Assembly (NCBI GenBank): GCA_016860985.1
Contig: BOKM01000001.1
Span: forward strand, 719,462 to 783,461
Reading direction: 5' to 3'
Length of the DNA: 64,000 nt
From: Patescibacteria group bacterium
GTDB taxonomy: Bacteria; Patescibacteriota; Dojkabacteria; GCA-002793355
Positions 58,354 through 64,000 of the stretch are shown here, one piece after another (the stretch's first letter is position 1; each line of letters starts with the position of its first letter). The notes beneath the pieces are model-generated. The model was not told where the DNA came from. It saw only the letters and a list, made by a program, of their open reading frames with translations, and made no database searches. The position numbers and the translations under genes are program-made.

Positions 58354-60276
58354 ATGCAAACAAAAGAAATAAATAGCTATGGGTTTCAAAATTTTGATAT
58401 TGATGCACCAAACGTAGCTAGTGAATCAAGACACTATGTAACCGAATTGCTTGACAAGTTTAGAAACTATTTCACAAAACTCGGTTACTTTGACCAGCCA
58501 CCTGCTCCAATAAGTTCGGGGATCGATCCTACCGTGCGTCTTATTGGCTCTGGTATTTCGACATTAAAAAGATTTATACCTCCCTTTGGGAATGATAGCC
58601 TTCCTTATCCAGGTGCATTTATTCTTCAACGTGCCGTCAGGACTCGAAATCGTTCAATACTTATGGACGATGAGAAAGTACCAAACTGGGGGTCATTGTT
58701 CACTAATATTGTTTGGATTACTTCTCCAAAACGGTTAAAAGAAGCAACTGAAGAAACATTTCATTTCTTTCTTGATGAATTAGGGATTAAAAAAGAAAAT
58801 TTGATGATTCGAGTCAAGAGTAGCGACTACCAGAATCTATGGATGTATGCGGAAAAGTTTGTAGAGAATATCGAAATCGATTCAAAACCGGATAAATATT
58901 ACACTCATCAACTCGGCACGGATATTCTTTATGCAAATAGTTATAATCTAGCGTTGAAGGACCCTGACCCAAGTTCAAAAAATTTCCAAGATATCGGCAA
59001 TATTATTTTACACAGAGACAAGAATGGCAAAGAGGTGCTAGTAGAAATCGGTTTTGGGGATAGTACAATTTTGCGAGCAATGCGAGGAGGGCATGTTATT
59101 GACTGGCGCTTTGTTCCGGGTTTGATGACAGTTGATCCGAACATACGTTTGAAGATGGCAGATGAATTAATAACTTCTGTTGAATTAGCACGTGAAGGCC
59201 TAGTACCCTCTTCAAAGGATAATAGGACAAAGCTATTTAAAGCATACTTGCACGCGCTTCTTCGTCACCAAGCGATTACTGGGATTTCAATGGCGAAACT
59301 TGAGGATATCATAAACGAATATGAGCGTCTTGAGTTCCCTAATAGCGTGCTAAATGCAGGAAGTCTTGTTACAGGTTATTTGAACATGTTAATGAAGAAG
59401 GTTCAGATGAAAAAATTGAGTGAACTCTCTCCAGATGAACTAAAATTGAAGGAAATTTTTGATAGATATCCTGTTCTTGGAAATTATCAAATAGAAGTAA
59501 AACAAGCACATATGAAACTTTCGGGTGAAAAAACAACCGAGGCACTAATACCTGTAATTGAGAGATTTAATACGTCAATAATCGTTGAAAAATATAAAGA
59601 TGCTATTGAGAATGTAGGAATATGGGAATCTGAAAGTATCGTTGCAAACGCCTATTTAAACAAAGATGATAGGATTCTAGAGCTTGGATGCGGTACAGGG
59701 AGATTCACGTTTGGTCTATACAAACTTGGGTTCCATCATATTACGGGGATAGATTTAGCAAAGGAGTTGATTATGGTCGCGAAAGATTATGCAAAAAAGC
59801 ATAACCTCCGCGTCGCATTTTCTTACCAAGACGCTCGTAAGCTTCAGTTCCCTAATGAATCATTTGACGGTATCGTTTTTCCCTTTAATGGCCTAATGAC
59901 CATTCCACTTGAAGAAAACAGAAAGCAGGTACTTTCCGAAATAGCGCGAGTGCTTAGACCTTCTGGTTATTTCATATTTACTACTCACGACAGATTAATC
60001 AATAAAAATTATTCAGAATTTTGGAAAAAGCAAAGAAGCAACTTCCGGAGTGGAAAACGGGAACTGGGGCAATACGAATATGGTGATTTACCATTAAAAG
60101 GTGCGGAAGATGACGCTTTTATTCATATCCCTAGTATGAGCGAGGTCCGAAGTTTATTGAAATCGTATGGCTTCAAAATTGTCTATACTCGAATGCGAAG
60201 CAAAATTGCGACCGAATCAGAAAATACTATGAAATTCTCCGCGGACTGCCGTTTTTGGGTTGTACAGAAATTGTAA
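58354..60276 (+). CDS. fusion protein: N-terminal alanyl-tRNA-synthetase-catalytic-core-like domain + C-terminal class I SAM-dependent methyltransferase
   Basis: The N-terminus (LLDKFRNYFTKLGYFDQPPAPISSGIDPTVRLIGSGISTLKRFI...ILQRAVRTRN...EETFHFFLDELGIKKENLMIRVKSSD) parallels E. coli AlaRS (FLDFFHSKGHQVV...DPTLLFTNAGMNQFKDVF...SQRCVRAGG...AIQFAWELLT...ERLWVTVYESD). The C-terminus has MTase motif I ILELGCGTGRFTFGL, motif II-III (FDGIVFPFNGLMTI) and LRPSGYFIFT. Confidence 0.5.
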   Translation: MQTKEINSYGFQNFDIDAPNVASESRHYVTELLDKFRNYFTKLGYFDQPPAPISSGIDPTVRLIGSGISTLKRFIPPFGNDSLPYPGAFILQRAVRTRNRSILMDDEKVPNWGSLFTNIVWITSPKRLKEATEETFHFFLDELGIKKENLMIRVKSSDYQNLWMYAEKFVENIEIDSKPDKYYTHQLGTDILYANSYNLALKDPDPSSKNFQDIGNIILHRDKNGKEVLVEIGFGDSTILRAMRGGHVIDWRFVPGLMTVDPNIRLKMADELITSVELAREGLVPSSKDNRTKLFKAYLHALLRHQAITGISMAKLEDIINEYERLEFPNSVLNAGSLVTGYLNMLMKKVQMKKLSELSPDELKLKEIFDRYPVLGNYQIEVKQAHMKLSGEKTTEALIPVIERFNTSIIVEKYKDAIENVGIWESESIVANAYLNKDDRILELGCGTGRFTFGLYKLGFHHITGIDLAKELIMVAKDYAKKHNLRVAFSYQDARKLQFPNESFDGIVFPFNGLMTIPLEENRKQVLSEIARVLRPSGYFIFTTHDRLINKNYSEFWKKQRSNFRSGKRELGQYEYGDLPLKGAEDDAFIHIPSMSEVRSLLKSYGFKIVYTRMRSKIATESENTMKFSADCRFWVVQKL

Positions 60277-60339
60277 TCATTCTTCAAGATTCATACTTGC
60301 TAGAAATTTCTGACTAGTATTTATAAATTGTTAGTTATG

Positions 60340-63264
60340 CTAACTCGCCAACCCCGTCACTTCGTCTCCTTCTGCAATTCGGAATACTTTTACTCCATAG
60401 GTTTGTCTGTTTGCAAGTACCGGAATGCTTTGGAAGTTGGTTTTGATTACTTGCCCCTGTTTGGAGATAAGTATTACCTCTTTGTCTTCGGTTCTTTCGG
60501 CATCAGGGAATATTCGGGCTACCCGCAGGTTACCTGTTTTGCCTCCAATCTTTGCAGCAAAGATGCCTGTGCCACCTCTGTGTTGTTGCTTAAACTCAGA
60601 CAATGCGGTGCATTTACCAAAACCTTGTGCAGACACAGTAAGGAGTAAGTCGGTCTCGCTAGAGACAACGTCGAAGGAGATAACTTCGTCATCTTTCTTC
60701 ATGCTAATGCCTTTTACGCCCATTGTGTTTCGGCCACTTTCTTTCACTTCTTTTTCGGCAAAGCGGATAGATTTTCCTTTTTGTGTGACAAGAATAAGCT
60801 CGTCTTTTGCTGTAGTAAGTTGGGCCTGTACCAATCGGTCCCCTTCTTTAAGAATTATGGATACGAGACCGTTCTTTCGGATGTTCTCATATTCATCGAG
60901 TGCGGTTTTCTTTACGATTCCGTTGGCAGTTGCCATTGCAATATATTTGCCATCAGCTCGGCTTTGTAACGAGAGCAATGAGCTGACCACTGTATTTGGA
61001 GTGATTTGCAATAAGTTCACAATTGGAAGACCCTTTGCAATTTTCTTTGCTTCTGGAATCTCATAGCCACGTAGTTTAAAGACTTTACCATCGGACATAA
61101 ATACAAGGAGCCAGTCGTGAGTATTACACAATAACGCATGGTTAACGTAATCATTTTCTTTGAGTTTTGCACCGATGCTTCCTTTTCCGCCTCTGTGCTG
61201 TAAGCGGTATTCTTCTGGAGATACTCGCTTGATATAGCCGGACTTGCTGATGGTTACAAAGGTTTGTTCGTTTGCTACCAAATCTTCTTCTTGTGGTTCG
61301 TCGACGTCACCTTTGTAGACTTTTGTACGTCGCTTATCTGCGTATTTCTCTTTGACTTCGAGTAGGTCGGTTTTTACTAACTCAAGAATTTTAATCTCTT
61401 CTGCGAGGTAAGACTCGTGATGTTTGATATTCTCAAGAAGACCGTTGTATTCATCTTGAATCTTTTGTCGTTCGAGTGCTGCCAACTTTCTAAGTTGCAT
61501 ATCGAGAATCGCTTGTGCCTGAACATCGGTTAGGTCAAAGCGTTCCATAAGCCCAATTTTTGCTTCGTCTGCATTCTTGGCTGCACGAATGAGTTTGATT
61601 ACTTCTTCAATAAAGTCGAGCGCTTTGAGTAAACCTTCTAAAATGTGAGCGTCGTATTTGTTTCTTGCGAGTTCGAATTCCAGTTTACGGATAATAACGG
61701 TCATTCGATGATCAAGATACAATTCCAAGATTCGCTTGAGGTTGAGTGTACGAGGCTGATCATCAACCAACGCAATCATGTTTGAGTTAAAGTTCATTTG
61801 CAGTGGCGTGTATTTGAACAGCTTCTGCATAATGATCTGTGGTGAGAAGCCAGACTTTACTTCGATGTAAATACGAATTTCGTTCTTCGAGGATTCGTCG
61901 CGGAGATCTTTTACGCCTTCAATCTTTCCGTCGTGGATTAGCTGTGCAATTTGCTCCATAAGTACAGCTTTGTTTACTTGGAATGGAATCTCAGTAATAA
62001 TAATTGCTTGTTTTCCACTGTTTGTTTCTTCGACAGTCATGACTCCGCGCATCTTTACCCGACCATTGCCGGTTTCGTACATGCTCAGGATATCTTTCTG
62101 GTTATAAATAACGCCACCGGTTGGGAAGTCAGGACCTTTAACGAATTGCATTAACTCTTGCGTGGTAACCTGCGAAATGAACTTTGGGTACAACGAAAGT
62201 ATCGGTGCTCCGTCAAATCCCTCTGCAAGTTTGGCTAAACTCTCTGTGTTTAACCCTAATTCGGCTGCGTTTTCAACTAATGTTCCTTCTTTGATAAAGA
62301 GTTCGAGCGCTGCGACTTTTTCTTTGAACAATGGGTCATTTGGCGCAATGTAATTGTCCCAGTACGTAAATGGCTCTGAGCTTAACAATTGAGGTACTCG
62401 TGTGTTTTGTTCTCTAAAGCTTCGAAGTAAATTGTATGCAGATTTTCCACCCCAGGTATTCCCTTGGTCGATCATGGAGATAAGCGCATCGATAAGTTCT
62501 CCGAGGTTATGTGGTGGAATTTTTGTCGCCATACCTACGGCAATACCACTCGTTCCGTTTGCAAGTAGGTTTGGAAACGCTGCAGGTAAAGCTACAGGTT
62601 CGTTTCGGGTTCCGTCGTAGTTGACACGGTATAGTACAGTTCCTTTGTCGATATCTTTTATTAATTCAACAGCTATTTTTGAATATTTTGCTTCGGTATA
62701 ACGCATGCTTGCTGCAACATCTCCGTCGATTGAACCGAAGTTCCCTTGGCCATGAACCAACGGATATCGCATGGTAAAAGGCTGTACCATGTTTACGAGA
62801 GTTTGATAGATTGCTTGGTCACCGTGTGGATGATAGTTACCCATTGCTTCACCAACGATTTTTGCGGATTTACGGGTTGCTCCAGTTGGCCAAAGGGTTA
62901 AATCTTTCATTGCAACGGTTACACGTCGCTGCGAGGGTTTAACGCCGTCTTTTACATCTGGAATGGCTCGATCAACAATTACGCTCATGGCGTAGTCGAT
63001 AAAGTCTTTCTTTAATTCGTCGGTGATTGATACAGATACTGTTTCTCCCGCTTTGAAGCCTGCACCGGTCGTGAGCATGTCACTAATGCCTTCGTTTGAT
63101 TCTTCGCCAATTTCAAGGTCACCAGTGGCAGTTTTATAGTCGTCTGACTCGAGCGAGTCTTGAGGTGCACTTTCTAAAGAGGTCGGCTCAGCAGCAGATT
63201 CTTTTATCTGTTCATCAATGAGGTTCTTTACGTCTTCTGGAATTGGTGTTTTGTCTTTTGCCAT
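60340..63264 (-). CDS. gyrA: DNA gyrase subunit A with acidic N-terminal extension
   Basis: DYAMSVIVDRAIPDVKDGVKPSQRRV, active-site AASMRYTEAK, and C-terminal beta-pinwheel repeats. A roughly 70-aa acidic low-complexity N-terminus precedes the conserved start. Confidence 0.9.
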   Translation of the reverse strand: MAKDKTPIPEDVKNLIDEQIKESAAEPTSLESAPQDSLESDDYKTATGDLEIGEESNEGISDMLTTGAGFKAGETVSVSITDELKKDFIDYAMSVIVDRAIPDVKDGVKPSQRRVTVAMKDLTLWPTGATRKSAKIVGEAMGNYHPHGDQAIYQTLVNMVQPFTMRYPLVHGQGNFGSIDGDVAASMRYTEAKYSKIAVELIKDIDKGTVLYRVNYDGTRNEPVALPAAFPNLLANGTSGIAVGMATKIPPHNLGELIDALISMIDQGNTWGGKSAYNLLRSFREQNTRVPQLLSSEPFTYWDNYIAPNDPLFKEKVAALELFIKEGTLVENAAELGLNTESLAKLAEGFDGAPILSLYPKFISQVTTQELMQFVKGPDFPTGGVIYNQKDILSMYETGNGRVKMRGVMTVEETNSGKQAIIITEIPFQVNKAVLMEQIAQLIHDGKIEGVKDLRDESSKNEIRIYIEVKSGFSPQIIMQKLFKYTPLQMNFNSNMIALVDDQPRTLNLKRILELYLDHRMTVIIRKLEFELARNKYDAHILEGLLKALDFIEEVIKLIRAAKNADEAKIGLMERFDLTDVQAQAILDMQLRKLAALERQKIQDEYNGLLENIKHHESYLAEEIKILELVKTDLLEVKEKYADKRRTKVYKGDVDEPQEEDLVANEQTFVTISKSGYIKRVSPEEYRLQHRGGKGSIGAKLKENDYVNHALLCNTHDWLLVFMSDGKVFKLRGYEIPEAKKIAKGLPIVNLLQITPNTVVSSLLSLQSRADGKYIAMATANGIVKKTALDEYENIRKNGLVSIILKEGDRLVQAQLTTAKDELILVTQKGKSIRFAEKEVKESGRNTMGVKGISMKKDDEVISFDVVSSETDLLLTVSAQGFGKCTALSEFKQQHRGGTGIFAAKIGGKTGNLRVARIFPDAERTEDKEVILISKQGQVIKTNFQSIPVLANRQTYGVKVFRIAEGDEVTGLAS

Positions 63265-63408
63265 AGTAACAATGTCGATTTGAGTTTTTCTTGCGTTTAA
63301 CGCGAATTTTATTACTCCTTTAGAGGAGAATTCCCTCTAGTGAGAAAGCTGTTATGCTGACCCGTGAGTATCGCTATATTATACGAAAAAATGGGGCGAG
63401 TCAATCAT

Positions 63409-63900
63409 TTAAGCGCAGATTTTTTCTACCCAGAATTGTGTGATGTGACCCAAGGCGAAGGACTGTAAGTCGGCGCTATTTTTTGAAACCCACCGTATGG
63501 TTTCAAAATCATTCTGATTCCAACGTAATGGCTCATTATGCCAATCCACAAGGTACATCTGAGCGAATTCTGATTGAGTGTCATACTGAAAGAAGGCTTT
63601 TCCTATTAGCTGCCAAGTTGTAGGCAGAAATCCGAATTCTTCTTTTACTCCTCGCTGCAATGCAGTTTCGTAAGTTTCTCCCGTAACTACATGTTCGCCT
63701 GCAAACATGAATTTCCCTGCATCGCCTTCTTTGTTGATGGGGCGTTTGGTAAGTAGAACTTGGTCATGTTGCCGGTCGTACAGCGTGAAGTGTGTGCATC
63801 GATGAAACAAAGAGCTATTGCGGTGGCACTCTTCTCTGGTTGCGGTTCCGATAACAATATCATCGCTATCAACGACATCCACAATTTCAGATGCCGGCAT
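63409..63900 (-). CDS. NUDIX hydrolase
   Basis: Nudix box GEHVVTGETYETALQRGVKEEFGF. Confidence 0.8.
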   Translation of the reverse strand: MPASEIVDVVDSDDIVIGTATREECHRNSSLFHRCTHFTLYDRQHDQVLLTKRPINKEGDAGKFMFAGEHVVTGETYETALQRGVKEEFGFLPTTWQLIGKAFFQYDTQSEFAQMYLVDWHNEPLRWNQNDFETIRWVSKNSADLQSFALGHITQFWVEKICA

Positions 63901-63906
63901 ATTTAT

Positions 63907-64000
63907 CTACTTAAACGAAATCATTTCGACTTCGAAAATCAGTGTTGCGTTTGGTGGAATAATTCCGCCTGCTCCTGCTGACCCGTAGCCTAAGGATGCT
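63907..64000 (-). CDS. FKBP-type peptidyl-prolyl cis-trans isomerase, C-terminal end (partial at window edge)
   Basis: The minus-strand frame ends ...GYGSAGAGGIIPPNATLIFEVEMISFK-stop, the typical FKBP C-terminus. It is absent from the ORF track because the start lies beyond the window. Confidence 0.6.
   Translation of the reverse strand, partial: ASLGYGSAGAGGIIPPNATLIFEVEMISFK

Noticed and set aside
1-64000. CRISPR arrays, rRNA genes, IS elements
   Set aside because: No regularly spaced direct repeats, no rRNA-like conserved stretches and no transposase-like ORFs were seen on either strand.

Overview
This 64 kb window appears to come from a small-genome, hypothetical-rich bacterium. The gene content is consistent with a Candidate Phyla Radiation (Patescibacteria)-like lineage, but that placement is an inference. 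About 40% GC is an eyeball estimate.

The window is mostly chromosomal housekeeping: rpsF-ssb-rpsR-rplI, prfA-prmC, rpmE, thrS, gpmI, mnmA, dnaB, ruvAB, gyrA and a tRNA-Leu(CAA). Accessory blocks sit between these genes.

- **Surface-glycan locus (1-7764):** a partial Wzx-like flippase, two polytopic membrane proteins, a GT2 polyprenol-phosphate glycosyltransferase next to a GtrA-family protein, and an ABC-2 exporter. This resembles a GtrA/GtrB/GT-C three-component glycosylation system.
- **Insertion in the ribosomal cluster (9345-12807):** two unrecognisable genes plus an S41 protease sit between rpsR and rplI.
- **Head of the rpmE-prfA-prmC operon (17007-19040):** a 677-aa protein carrying an adenylate-kinase-like P-loop.
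- **Transporters and SOS genes:** a MacAB-type ABC efflux set, and umuD and umuC separated by an opposite-strand MFS gene.
- **Recombinase region (51252-53767):** a Xer-type tyrosine recombinase and a PadR-DUF1700/DUF4097 operon.
- **aaRS-paralog cluster (53954-60276), the most unusual region:**
  - a truncated ThrRS catalytic-core paralog that has lost the zinc-binding Cys, translationally coupled to a Cys-less class V PLP enzyme;
  - an APH/homoserine-kinase-II-fold kinase transcribed divergently across a 27-bp palindrome;
  - an S66 (LdcA/MccF-like) peptidase;
  - a 640-aa protein whose N-terminus resembles the AlaRS catalytic core, fused to a class I SAM methyltransferase.

The aaRS-paralog cluster is a candidate undescribed aminoacyl-dependent (tRNA- or carrier-linked) modification or biosynthesis module. 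No CRISPR array, rRNA gene or clear prophage was seen.

All calls rest on motif-level reading of the six-frame translations. No database search or computation was possible.
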